From Chitinophaga pinensis (lineage in GTDB: Bacteria > Bacteroidota > Bacteroidia > NS11-12g > UBA955), in the NCBI GenBank assembly GCA_945877575.1, contig CAMDUE010000014.1:5375-69374 (forward strand): a stretch of DNA of 64,000 nt, written 5' to 3'. This document shows positions 8,844-19,151 of this stretch, in pieces. The translations under genes and the position numbers were made by a program. The notes under the pieces are model-generated. The model was given only the letters and a program-made list of their open reading frames with translations. It searched no databases and was not told the DNA's origin. Position 1 is the stretch's first letter. Every line of letters begins with the position of its first letter.

Positions 8844-11800
8844 TTAATATGAATCCAAGTCAATGGCGTGCATGATTCCGTACCAACGAATCACTTTTTC
8901 ACCTAAACGAGGGGCTTTAACATGTATCAAATACAAACCGCTCGCAATAGGCACATTGTTCTGATTCTTCAAATCCCACTCCAAATAAGTCGCTTCATCA
9001 GCCTTTTTAATCTTACGAATGGTATTACCCGCCATATCAAAAATAGTAACTGTACACTCCGGAGGAAGATTGGTAATCTTTACACGTGAATCAATTGGAC
9101 TGTTCTCATATTTGCTGTATCCTCTGTAAGGATTAGGTACTACGTTTACCATATCCAAGTTCTTTGTACCTATCTTATCTGAAACCTTAGGTGCTATTTC
9201 AGCGCCATCAAATTCGTACATTGGGCGATCATTATTTCTAGTGTCACCAGTATTGAAAGTAGTATAAGCTTTAGAAACTCTTACGTTGATTGTAACTTCT
9301 GTTGGAGGAATACCATCTGTCATAGTAAATCCAGGAGCCAAATACGTTGGAATAACCCAATTCACCTGAGACAACAAACGAAACTTATCACTATTCGGGG
9401 GGCTCGCGCCAGCAGTGGTTGATTGCAATCCTTTACGGAATCTATCAAAGTAAGTATCTTCTGGACCATAGTATCTTTCTCCAATCACATTTCGAGTGAT
9501 ACCGTGTCTACCGGTTCCGAAAATATAAATGAAGTGTTTACCTCCAATGGCAGGATAATTTCCATTGTCGTTATAAACTGTTGATGTTGGATTCCAAATC
9601 ATGTCTCTACCGTTCTCACCTGGTAAATAACTATCCTCACCGAATCCAATGTTCAAACGCTCTCCAGTTTCCAAGTTGATAGCATAACCAGGAAACCAAC
9701 TCAAACCTTGACTACCTGCTTCATCAGCGAAGTTCTGATCTTTTGATGTTCCGAAACGCATATTGAACTTAGACATATTTCCTTCTGTTCCACTCTTTAC
9801 TTCGTCATCACCCATTTCCATTACTACGGCACGAGTCCATTTTGATTTATCTGGAGTAATAACCAGTTGGAAGCTGTTCAATTCAGGTAAAGGATTCTGC
9901 AACCAGGATGTATTACCGCTCCATGCAAAACCATACGTATTTTGTCCGGTAGCCGCACTGTAAGAAGCCCTAGCTGTCAATCCATAAGGTGCAATTCTTC
10001 CGTTCCAAATACGCTCGTAAGCTTGACTTGGATCCAAATAATTTCCATTGACCCCAATAAAGTCATGGGTATATGGGTCAAAAGGAGTAATACCTCTACC
10101 TGCGCTACCAGCTCTTATCCAGTTATTAAACCCTTGAGATGCATCATTATCAACAACCGCCGTTAACCATTGTTTACCATTATCAGCCCATTTAACATCC
10201 CAATTGATAAAGGAGTTGGTAGGGTCAGCAGTTACATCCTCTGAAGGGTTATACACCTGATTAATTTCAACGCTCAATCCCCAATCAGCCAATGTTTCTT
10301 TAGTAGCATTGTAGTTACCCGCACGTCCTTGAATGGTTTCAAAGCGAATTCCAATAGTTGTATCTGAAAAAATGGTATCATTTCCATTAATACTATCTTT
10401 TTTCACCAAGAACCAACCGGTATTCCTAGTCATAGAATCACGCAAACCAGTATTGTTAGAAGGCGTACGCTCTTTCAAAACCAATTCAAACTTGGCATTA
10501 GGTACTTTCAATGGGTCGATAACCTTAATATTCACAGGACCTGCACCACCCATATACTTAGGCTTCGCAACAAATCCAGTTCTAAGAATGTCTGCAACTG
10601 TACCTTCAGTAAATTCTAATGACATTCCACCGTTACCACGTCCACTGATTCGAGTCAAACTCGGACCTGAACCGTAAGAACTTTGAAGCTCAGTACCAAA
10701 GTTTTCAGGTTCAGTAGCATGCGGAGTAGCGCGATATACTTTAATATTTCTTCTACCAGCAAGGAATTGATTTGGATCTATTTGCATAGTGTCATCCGCC
10801 AAAATTGCATAACTCAATACCATGTAGTAATAGTTTCTAAAGTCTATCAATGAAGTATTCGCATTGGTAGCAAAAAGATCATTTTTGATGCTGAAAGAGT
10901 GTTGAACACCTTTATCAGAACCGTCTACTTTTTCTACTGGAACCATTTGTGACAACTTAGGATCAAACACTTTGTTAATGATTTGACCACGATTGTTCTT
11001 CATATCACACTGGAACATCAAACGCGCCTTATCAATGTTATCTAAGTCACCGGTATTCACCGTTGCATCTTTCAACTGGTAAATCAAATAACCTTCAAAT
11101 TTATAGGTCAAATCTTTGTTATTCGCATCCTTGTATTTTTCAGTGTAGTTTTCAACTTTATCGGAATTGGTATTCAAGAATTTCAAAACCAACTCTTCAT
11201 GTAGCTCTTGGATTTCAATATCTGGAGCATTAGGACCGTCCAAAATTTTGAAATTATTGTTAAACAATGTTTGTGCTTTATCTGAAGCCAACTTCAACAA
11301 CTGCAATGAACCAGCTGCACCTTGACAAGGCGCGCCTGCTCCACCACTGGTAGTTCTTGCCCAAACAACACCTACGGTAATTCTTTGAACTTGACCTGGA
11401 CGCAAAATAAATGGACCAGTTGATTGCAAGAAACGACGGTCAGCCGGACGGTTACCCGCGCTCTTCTCATCCCAACATTCACCGGGGAAATCAGGATCTG
11501 TTCCACCAGAGAACATATAATTAGTTTGACGGGTTCCACCAAAACCATTACCACCAAAGGTTACGTTTTGACCTTGCTTCCACTTACCTCTTAAGAAGTT
11601 ATAGAAACTATTTGGATTACCTCTATCAGGGTTTCCAGAAACTGGGTCAGAGTTATTATTGTAGTACATGAAGTGACTCATACCCATCTGATTGCCTGCA
11701 GTATCTGTAGGTCCTTCAAAATAATCTACACCTACTGTAGGTGGATTCAAGCCATAACCCAACACACCTTCGTCATCATCGTCACCATTGAAGCAATATC

Positions 11801-12740
11801 CCAAAGATCTTCCTACGTCACAACCTACATAGTCGTCAGAGTAGTTACCCAAGTCGGCATCTACCCATTGCCCCATGTAACAATCATTCACCGTTGTGAA
11901 ACCGCGGTTGATGATTTTAGTTGAGTAGAAAGTCATATTGTTAACCTCATCATTGGTAGCAAATGCAAATGCAGTGGTTTGACATTCAATACCAATGGGT
12001 TGACCTGATGATTCATTGTGCACATTACCTTTATCGTTATAAACCCACCAGATAAACATATCTGGTTGTCTGTCAACTCCGTTTTCAGTATTGGGTCTGC
12101 GTTCATCCAATACAGGATGTTCTCCGTCAAACGGATTATAAACTCCATCGTTATTCACCACTTTGTAAGGTGCCAGATAATCAGATTCAGCTCCCAATTT
12201 TACTGAACGGTCACTTCCACCGGGCCATTCTCTTATTCCCGCACTGATGTTGGTGTACTTTGAATTCTCAAAATCTTCCAACTCATCACGAGTCACCTTC
12301 CACATACGATCGTAAGACTTACATCGCAATGGATCAGTAGAAGCTGTAGTGGTATCTAATGGACCTGGCCAAAAGTCTACTCCAAACTGACGGTAAGTCA
12401 TGGCCGCCAACTTTAAGTTTCCTCCGTTGTCTTTACCTCCAATCCAGATTGCACCAGAAAACAAAGAGTGTTTTCTAACCGCATTCGGGTCATTTACTTT
12501 AGGCACTTCGTATTTTGGGTTATTTATATCCCACCACATATCACCGCCGTTCAACAATTTTGTACGAACGTTATTGATATCTAAGTCAGCAGACTGTGAA
12601 GCGGGCTCACAAGTGTTAGCCAATGAACCAGCACGCTTGCTAACTTTAAGAGTTGAACGACCATTGAAGTTTTCAATGGGTCTAGCAAACACCTGCGAAG
12701 CAATCGCAAATCCTAATGCTATAATTCCAAATTTTTTCAT
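8844..12740 (-). CDS. 1298-aa secreted protein with variant T9SS type-A C-terminal sorting domain
   Basis: Signal peptide. C-terminal VNVVPNPY...VTIFDMAGNTIRK...WDLKNQNNVPIASGLYLIHV. Confidence 0.8.
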   Translation of the reverse strand: MKKFGIIALGFAIASQVFARPIENFNGRSTLKVSKRAGSLANTCEPASQSADLDINNVRTKLLNGGDMWWDINNPKYEVPKVNDPNAVRKHSLFSGAIWIGGKDNGGNLKLAAMTYRQFGVDFWPGPLDTTTASTDPLRCKSYDRMWKVTRDELEDFENSKYTNISAGIREWPGGSDRSVKLGAESDYLAPYKVVNNDGVYNPFDGEHPVLDERRPNTENGVDRQPDMFIWWVYNDKGNVHNESSGQPIGIECQTTAFAFATNDEVNNMTFYSTKIINRGFTTVNDCYMGQWVDADLGNYSDDYVGCDVGRSLGYCFNGDDDDEGVLGYGLNPPTVGVDYFEGPTDTAGNQMGMSHFMYYNNNSDPVSGNPDRGNPNSFYNFLRGKWKQGQNVTFGGNGFGGTRQTNYMFSGGTDPDFPGECWDEKSAGNRPADRRFLQSTGPFILRPGQVQRITVGVVWARTTSGGAGAPCQGAAGSLQLLKLASDKAQTLFNNNFKILDGPNAPDIEIQELHEELVLKFLNTNSDKVENYTEKYKDANNKDLTYKFEGYLIYQLKDATVNTGDLDNIDKARLMFQCDMKNNRGQIINKVFDPKLSQMVPVEKVDGSDKGVQHSFSIKNDLFATNANTSLIDFRNYYYMVLSYAILADDTMQIDPNQFLAGRRNIKVYRATPHATEPENFGTELQSSYGSGPSLTRISGRGNGGMSLEFTEGTVADILRTGFVAKPKYMGGAGPVNIKVIDPLKVPNAKFELVLKERTPSNNTGLRDSMTRNTGWFLVKKDSINGNDTIFSDTTIGIRFETIQGRAGNYNATKETLADWGLSVEINQVYNPSEDVTADPTNSFINWDVKWADNGKQWLTAVVDNDASQGFNNWIRAGSAGRGITPFDPYTHDFIGVNGNYLDPSQAYERIWNGRIAPYGLTARASYSAATGQNTYGFAWSGNTSWLQNPLPELNSFQLVITPDKSKWTRAVVMEMGDDEVKSGTEGNMSKFNMRFGTSKDQNFADEAGSQGLSWFPGYAINLETGERLNIGFGEDSYLPGENGRDMIWNPTSTVYNDNGNYPAIGGKHFIYIFGTGRHGITRNVIGERYYGPEDTYFDRFRKGLQSTTAGASPPNSDKFRLLSQVNWVIPTYLAPGFTMTDGIPPTEVTINVRVSKAYTTFNTGDTRNNDRPMYEFDGAEIAPKVSDKIGTKNLDMVNVVPNPYRGYSKYENSPIDSRVKITNLPPECTVTIFDMAGNTIRKIKKADEATYLEWDLKNQNNVPIASGLYLIHVKAPRLGEKVIRWYGIMHAIDLDSY

Positions 12741-12762
12741 TTTCTAATTTCCCTTCCTAATT

Positions 12763-15700
12763 TTAATTCAAACTAAAACGAACACCCAAACGAATGGTTC
12801 TTGGGGCATTCCAGTTTCCTGTTTGAGAATTTAACAATAAACGATACAAATCGGTGTAAGACTGAGCATCAATTTGAGTTTTGATCAACAATTGTCCTTG
12901 AGGTGATGTCAAGAATCCATCATCGTTAGGTTGACCCGTGTATGGGAATACACCCAAAACATTCCAAGAGTTCAACACATTGTTCACCCAAAGGAAAGCA
13001 GTAAATCTCAAAGGATTCTTCGCATCTCCGCGGTTCAACTGGAACGCTTTAGAAATGTTGATGTCAAAGTTATACTGCCATGGCAATCTTGCACCAAACG
13101 GTACACCTTTGATCTGTGCACGATCTACAGCACCAATTTGCACTGGACGATTGGTTGGCGTATACGGCCCACCGCTGTAAGTATTTCCAATTACGTTGAA
13201 ACTGGTGAATTTGAAGATTTCTTTTCCAAAGAATACAGGTCCTTTATACAAATTCTTCTTATTCAAGTCTCTTCCTCCTCCCCACTCCCAAGTGGCGCTC
13301 ACTTTAAGGTTATGACGAATATCTAATTCACCCAAAGGAATCACGTTTCTTAAGTTAGGTTGGTTACTAGCAATCAAAGTTGCTTGAGAACTGATGTTTG
13401 ATCCAGTTCCATCGGCAAATTGCAACATGTAACTAGCTGATAAACTCATTGGTCCAATATCTCTGATACTAAAGTTACCTCTAAAACCAGTGATGGTAGC
13501 AAAGTCAATATTGCGGTAAGTAATGTAAGTCACTGGGTAACCTTGGTTGATTTGATACAAACCGAAATCATTTCTAATTTCAGAATAAGAAGCACTCAAC
13601 TCTAGACCCTTATCGCCTTTGCGTCCAAAGATTTGCTTGTATCCAACTTCATAGTCAGTTTTCAAACGAGAATTCAATGATCCGTTTGCCAAGGTAGAAC
13701 CTTGTCTAAATCTCAAATAGTAAATATCGTCAATAGTTACGAAAGAAGCTCCAGCATTCGGGCGCTGAGCCAAGATGTCATAACTTACGTAGAACGTTTT
13801 CTTCTTCGGTTCTAATGGGAAAGAGAACCAAATACGAGGCAATAGATTTACCGCAGGAGTGTAATCCACGAATGTCTTATCTGTAACTTCTTGCTTATTA
13901 TAGTCTACCAAGTAGGGCGCGATACGACCATTAGAAGTTTGGTTCGCCAATAATTCTGGGTTTTTCAATTCAGACCCATCAGCATTGTACCAACGATCTC
14001 CTTCACGGTATCCAATTACTTTAGTAGGTGATTGCATATCGTTTACATAAACATAAGCATCATCAGAGATATTGGTCGGATGATCAACATTCAAACCATT
14101 CAAATCTGCAACTTCCGCTTTGGTACGAACAGGATACAAACTGTAAGGATCTTTCAAAACAATCTGATTTGCATCGTAACGCTCCATACGAAGTCCCACA
14201 CGGAAAATCAAATCTTTAAACTGGAACTGGTCTTGCAACCAAGCTGCGATGTAAATGGGTTGGAAAGCTCCAATGGTTCTTCTGTCAGGATCATTCAAGA
14301 ATTGGTTGATTGAAGGTTTACCTCTCACAACGTTTCCAAGGTGATCGTAACCAAAATAATTTACATATCCGTTACCGTTGTTCAATAATTCATTGGCATT
14401 GAAATCTCTCAAGTCGAAATCACCAGGCTTGTAACTATTAACATTGATAAAGGTTTGCTCACTTACTAAATTACCATACACATCTCTTCCGCCTTGAGAA
14501 ATCAAACGATTTCTGAAAGAGCGGTCGAAATGAGATTGCTCAGATAAATTAACCAATCTATTGTAGCGAACAGTATCTGTGAAAACACCATTTTCATCGT
14601 ATGATAAAATTGGATTGGTTATGTCTAACTCTGTAATGTGTTTGTTCATCAACTGACCCATCAAAATCCAAAGTCCATTTGCATTCAAATTATATCCTCG
14701 GTTGATGTTTTGCTCATAATAGAATCCAGCTTGTAAGTCGTGAGGAGTTCTTTCGCGTCCACCCACAGTTTTAGGCTTCACTTGCATTTGTCCTAAAGCA
14801 AACAAAGAATATTTCTCAGTTGACGATTTACCCCAACCACCCACAGATGTTCCTGGAGTAGCCCAAAGTGAGTAAACATTATTAGGTTGGTAACCGTTCA
14901 ACAAACCTTGACCCATCAATACCTGAAGAGAATTGGTCAAGTTAAATCCACGATCTTGATAAAAATCAAACACATTTTGAGTGTAATTTGCTCGAACGCG
15001 ATTCAAATTACTTCTTTGGAAAGTCAAAAGTGTATCAGCATAACCAACATGCTCCCAATAATTTCTCAATTGTACTATATTGCCGTATTGGTCTTGAACT
15101 ACTCGTGGCTCCTTGTTTGGATTCTGTTGCTGATCATAGTTTGAGTAGGCAAAAATCTCTGTGGGGTAAGATTTAAATTCCCCGATGTACCCGTAATCAA
15201 AGAAATTACGACCGTGCTCCTCGTGTTGGTTGGTAGACCAAGCATTTTGATATTCAGCACGAATGGTGTAAAACGCATTCTTAATGGTACCTTCTTTATT
15301 TACTTTAAATTCTTGTCTGAATTGCAAGTATGAACGGAAAGTATGGTTATCACTGGTACCATTTTCATTGTAGTTCATGATAGCATTCGTAGCGTTTCTT
15401 CCACCACCATAAAAATAACTCGCAAAACCTGTCAAGTTGATGTACTTGTTAGGGTTAAACTCTAACTTACCAATGAAGTTTCCATTGTACTGTTGTGAAG
15501 TTGGACGTGCGGCCAATAAATCAAAATCAGACTCCTTTAAATAAGAAGCAGCATGAACAAACCCATTTGGCGTGAAAACCAAAGGATTTTTCTCAATCTC
15601 CGCTAATTTATCTTCCTTCAGAATATATACGCCAGTTCTTGTTGGACTTGGATCGTAATAAAAACCTACGTTTCCATTTAATGTGAAGCCCAATTTAACC

Positions 15701-16515
15701 AAAGATTCGGTCTTGCCGGCAAGGTTCTTTTTACGTTTAACCCATAGTGGACCAGATATAAACCCTTCCACGGTGTTGTATCCATAAGGGTCTAATCCAC
15801 TTGAAGTAATGCCCTCAAAAATGGTGATGAATTTTTCAGTTGCACTTTTTGAAGTATACGAGAACGCTCCACCGGTTAAGTCACCATACATAGCAGGAAT
15901 ACCGCCAATACTCACTGACAATTGGTCAACCCCTAAGTTAGGAACTGCACCGCCACCAATAACACGCATACCATCAACGAATGTTCCGTTACCATCGGCA
16001 CGCGTACCGCGAACTGAAATTCCTTGACGCGATTCTATAATAGCCGAGTTGGTAGCAGTTAATGCTCCTACACCTCTTCGGCCGCTATTGATCATATTTT
16101 TACCCGAAATATTGGATTCATTTTTCTCTAATGCTATTACACTTCCTTTAGAACGCGTGACAACATTAACGACCGACATAGAAGTGGTCATTGATACTTT
16201 TAGCGGTTCATTTAAACCACCGGTCAATTCAACATCTGGGTAAGTTTGTTTTGAAAAACCATTCTTGAAAACTTCAATTCTGTAAGTTCCAGGGTTCAAT
16301 GTTTGGAAGATAGCATTACCGTCGCTATCTGTTGTGTCTGATGCCTTCTCAATGTCATTCAAAAACAATTTCACCTCTACCCCACTCAACGACTTTCCAT
16401 CACCATCTTGCGTTTTAATACGAAAGTCAGCATAGTTCGTCTGTCCGAATGCGGTTGTGAAACCCATTAACAACACCGAAAACAATAACAATTTCAGTAG
16501 TTTATCCTTCATCAT
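12763..16515 (-). CDS. TonB-dependent-receptor-like outer-membrane protein with N-terminal carboxypeptidase-regulatory-like domain
   Basis: Signal MMKDKLL...AFG|Q, so the start is re-called to 16515 or 16512. GKSLSGVEV..TDSDGN..LNPGTYRI domain, plug motifs ISVRG, FVDG and GGIPAMYGD, and C-terminal NNVLN...PRTIRLGVRF. Confidence 0.85.
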   Translation of the reverse strand: MMKDKLLKLLLFSVLLMGFTTAFGQTNYADFRIKTQDGDGKSLSGVEVKLFLNDIEKASDTTDSDGNAIFQTLNPGTYRIEVFKNGFSKQTYPDVELTGGLNEPLKVSMTTSMSVVNVVTRSKGSVIALEKNESNISGKNMINSGRRGVGALTATNSAIIESRQGISVRGTRADGNGTFVDGMRVIGGGAVPNLGVDQLSVSIGGIPAMYGDLTGGAFSYTSKSATEKFITIFEGITSSGLDPYGYNTVEGFISGPLWVKRKKNLAGKTESLVKLGFTLNGNVGFYYDPSPTRTGVYILKEDKLAEIEKNPLVFTPNGFVHAASYLKESDFDLLAARPTSQQYNGNFIGKLEFNPNKYINLTGFASYFYGGGRNATNAIMNYNENGTSDNHTFRSYLQFRQEFKVNKEGTIKNAFYTIRAEYQNAWSTNQHEEHGRNFFDYGYIGEFKSYPTEIFAYSNYDQQQNPNKEPRVVQDQYGNIVQLRNYWEHVGYADTLLTFQRSNLNRVRANYTQNVFDFYQDRGFNLTNSLQVLMGQGLLNGYQPNNVYSLWATPGTSVGGWGKSSTEKYSLFALGQMQVKPKTVGGRERTPHDLQAGFYYEQNINRGYNLNANGLWILMGQLMNKHITELDITNPILSYDENGVFTDTVRYNRLVNLSEQSHFDRSFRNRLISQGGRDVYGNLVSEQTFINVNSYKPGDFDLRDFNANELLNNGNGYVNYFGYDHLGNVVRGKPSINQFLNDPDRRTIGAFQPIYIAAWLQDQFQFKDLIFRVGLRMERYDANQIVLKDPYSLYPVRTKAEVADLNGLNVDHPTNISDDAYVYVNDMQSPTKVIGYREGDRWYNADGSELKNPELLANQTSNGRIAPYLVDYNKQEVTDKTFVDYTPAVNLLPRIWFSFPLEPKKKTFYVSYDILAQRPNAGASFVTIDDIYYLRFRQGSTLANGSLNSRLKTDYEVGYKQIFGRKGDKGLELSASYSEIRNDFGLYQINQGYPVTYITYRNIDFATITGFRGNFSIRDIGPMSLSASYMLQFADGTGSNISSQATLIASNQPNLRNVIPLGELDIRHNLKVSATWEWGGGRDLNKKNLYKGPVFFGKEIFKFTSFNVIGNTYSGGPYTPTNRPVQIGAVDRAQIKGVPFGARLPWQYNFDINISKAFQLNRGDAKNPLRFTAFLWVNNVLNSWNVLGVFPYTGQPNDDGFLTSPQGQLLIKTQIDAQSYTDLYRLLLNSQTGNWNAPRTIRLGVRFSLN

Positions 16516-16682
16516 ATCAATTAATTCAACTATTTGCATTACTCGTGTTCAAAAAGTTACAACACTTTCACGGTTTAATCAGCAAGTTTATCGAAAAATC
16601 AAGGATTTATCAAGTTTATTTTGACGTACTTTTCTGTAAATAAAAAAAACAAAATGGAACCAATCGAGGAAAAACACCTCAA

Positions 16683-17618
16683 TCAAATATCAGTCAATAA
16701 TTTAGACAATAATACCTCTGATATATTTTGATAACTTTCTACACTCCAACCAGCAACATGTGGCGAAAACATTACATTACAGTTTTTACTTAGTTGCTGA
16801 AAATACTGTGACAATTCATTGTCTAACTTCATTGGAGGTTCTTGGGGGTATACATCTAACAATAGACCTCCTATTTTACCCCTTTCTAAAGAGCTATATA
16901 TCGATTGAATATCAATCACTTCGCCTCTTGAAGAATTGATTAAAACCACCCCTTCTTTGCACCCTTCAATGAACTCCTCGTTCACCCAATTTCGAGTTAA
17001 ATCAGTCAAGGGCACATGTAACGATATGACATCTGCATGACCAATCAATTCTGATATATTCACCTCCCGAACATACTCATTTCCTAAGCCTTGTTTGAAA
17101 CGATCATAAGCCAATATTTCAACATCAAAGCCACGCAATTTCCGAGCCAATGCTGACCCTGTAAATCCGTATCCAACAATGCCAACTACTTTGCCTTTTA
17201 ACTCAAATCCGCGATGCCCTTCCCTATCCCATACACCAGAAACTACTGAACTATGCGACAACAATAGTTTGTGTCTGAAGGCCAATAGCATTCCAATTAC
17301 ACGTTCCGCAACTGAATCGGCGTTTGCACCTGCTGCATGAAACAATTTGATTCCCCTCTCAGAGGCTGCTTTTTCATCAATATTGTCTACACCCGCTCCC
17401 GCTCTGCCAATCCATTTTACACTGGAAACACGACTAAAAAACGATTCACCTAAATGTAACTTACTTCTTACAATCAAACCATCAGGGCGCAAATCAATAC
17501 ATCTATCAGCAACCTGTACAACAGGAATACTCGGCTCATAGAAAACTTCGTGTCCCGCGGCAATTAAGCCACTTACCAACGATTCATACACATCATCGAT
17601 GATAAGAATTCGAGCCAT
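16683..17618 (-). CDS. D-isomer-specific 2-hydroxyacid dehydrogenase (SerA-like, no ACT domain)
   Basis: RAGAGVDNID, GIVGYGFTG, SLHVPLT, INSSRG, PHVAG. Confidence 0.88.
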   Translation of the reverse strand: MARILIIDDVYESLVSGLIAAGHEVFYEPSIPVVQVADRCIDLRPDGLIVRSKLHLGESFFSRVSSVKWIGRAGAGVDNIDEKAASERGIKLFHAAGANADSVAERVIGMLLAFRHKLLLSHSSVVSGVWDREGHRGFELKGKVVGIVGYGFTGSALARKLRGFDVEILAYDRFKQGLGNEYVREVNISELIGHADVISLHVPLTDLTRNWVNEEFIEGCKEGVVLINSSRGEVIDIQSIYSSLERGKIGGLLLDVYPQEPPMKLDNELSQYFQQLSKNCNVMFSPHVAGWSVESYQNISEVLLSKLLTDI

Positions 17619-19117
17619 TATCTTAATTTTTTACGATTGCGCGCCCAATTAGAAATTGTAGATCCCTGTGTGGGTTCAGCTACTGAGATATCAACTCCTT
17701 TTCTATTCTCCCAAAAATAGGCAGCGGCTGAAGTCAAATCTAATAATTCATCACTCACCAAACTAGCTTCGGCGTTAGGTTGAAAATAATTTTGAATGAA
17801 ATGCGTATTAAAATCCCCAGAAATAAAATTCGGATGATTCATAACAAATGTTCCAAATGGCAAGGTTGTTTGAATGCCCGTAATGATGTACTCTTCAATG
17901 GCACGCTTCATGCGCTCAATCGCTTCTTGACGGGTTGGCGCCCAAACCACCAACTTAGACAACATGTTGTCATAGTAAATGGGAATCTCCAAATGGGGCT
18001 CCATACAGTCATCAATGCGAATTCCAGGACCGGCGGGGATAACATAAGATTTTACCGTTCCAATATTGGGTAGAAACTGTTGGTAAGGATCTTCTGCACA
18101 CACTCTCAACTCTAGAGAATGCCCGTTAATGCTCAAATCCTCTTGTTTAAAAGGGAGTTTCTCTCCTTGTGCCACTAAAATTTGCAATTGAACCAAATCA
18201 AGACCTGTAATCATTTCAGTTACAGGGTGTTCCACTTGCAATCGGGTATTCATTTCAAGGAAATAGAAATCCTCGCCATCTCCCAACAAAAACTCAACGG
18301 TACCAGCTCCTGAATAATTACACGCTTTTGCCACATTCACTGCAGCCTCGCCCATTCTGTGGCGCATCTCAGGAGTTAAAACGGCGCTAGGTGCCTCTTC
18401 TACCAACTTTTGATGTCTTCTTTGGATGCTGCATTCTCTTTCAAATAAATGCACCACATTCCCATGGTTATCTGCTAAAATTTGAAATTCAATGTGCCTT
18501 GGATTGCCCACATATTTTTCTATAAATACACTGTCATCACCGAAGGCATTTCTGGCTTCATTTTGGGCGGTCACCAGAGATGAAAGAAACTCGTTTTCTT
18601 CATATACAGCCCTCATTCCCTTTCCACCACCACCGGCAGAAGCTTTTATTAAGACAGGGAAACCTATACTCTTAGCCACTTCTAAAGCAGCATCTACATC
18701 TTTAATGGCTTCATTAATCCCCGGAACCAAAGGAACCCCGTACTTTTCAACGGCTTGCTTAGAGGCAATTTTGCTGCCCATCATTTCCATCGCTTCGGCT
18801 GTGGGCCCAATTAAGATGAGACCCTCTTCTTTTAATCGTCGAGCAAAAACTGCATTCTCAGATAAAAACCCATAACCTGGATGTACTGCTTGAGCACCCG
18901 TAGATTTGCAAAGATCAATGATGGTTTCCATTTTCAAATAGCTTTCGCTGCTAGGTCCGGCGCCAATGCAATAAGCTTCATCAGCAAAGCGTACGTGCCT
19001 TGCTAATTGATCTGCCTCACTGTAAACAGCCACCGTTTTAATACCCATTTCCTTGCAGGTACGCATCACTCTGAGAGCAATTTCGCCGCGATTCGCTATA
19101 AGAACTTTAGAAATCAT
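17618..19117 (-). CDS. accC: Acetyl/propionyl-CoA carboxylase, biotin carboxylase subunit
   Basis: Start re-called to MISKVLIANRGEIA (ATG 19117). HPGYGFLSEN, GGGGKGMR, ERECSIQRRHQK, EMNTRLQVEH. Confidence 0.92.
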   Translation of the reverse strand: MISKVLIANRGEIALRVMRTCKEMGIKTVAVYSEADQLARHVRFADEAYCIGAGPSSESYLKMETIIDLCKSTGAQAVHPGYGFLSENAVFARRLKEEGLILIGPTAEAMEMMGSKIASKQAVEKYGVPLVPGINEAIKDVDAALEVAKSIGFPVLIKASAGGGGKGMRAVYEENEFLSSLVTAQNEARNAFGDDSVFIEKYVGNPRHIEFQILADNHGNVVHLFERECSIQRRHQKLVEEAPSAVLTPEMRHRMGEAAVNVAKACNYSGAGTVEFLLGDGEDFYFLEMNTRLQVEHPVTEMITGLDLVQLQILVAQGEKLPFKQEDLSINGHSLELRVCAEDPYQQFLPNIGTVKSYVIPAGPGIRIDDCMEPHLEIPIYYDNMLSKLVVWAPTRQEAIERMKRAIEEYIITGIQTTLPFGTFVMNHPNFISGDFNTHFIQNYFQPNAEASLVSDELLDLTSAAAYFWENRKGVDISVAEPTQGSTISNWARNRKKLR

Positions 19118-19128
19118 AAAATATAGAT

Positions 19129-19146
19129 TTACCTTCGCGAAGGTAA
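19129..19146. promoter_or_regulatory. Perfect 18-bp palindrome TTACCTTCGCGAAGGTAA carrying a -7-like box on each strand (divergent accC/ccmB promoter)
   Basis: The palindrome is read directly. TACCTTCG resembles the TAnnTT(T/C)G boxes elsewhere in the window. It fills most of the 34-bp intergenic gap. Confidence 0.65.
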
Positions 19147-19151
19147 TTAAG

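Noticed and set aside
8528-16243. Many 60-130 aa ORFs, nearly all plus-strand, over the barrel/T9SS operon, and similar ones over groEL, accC and prc
   Set aside because: They are shadow ORFs of long genes with biased codon usage and show no motifs or initiation signals.
16640-16684. Weak hairpin plus T-run after the SerA-like gene (minus strand)
   Set aside because: The stem is only about 7 bp and is separated from the T tract, too weak to call a terminator.
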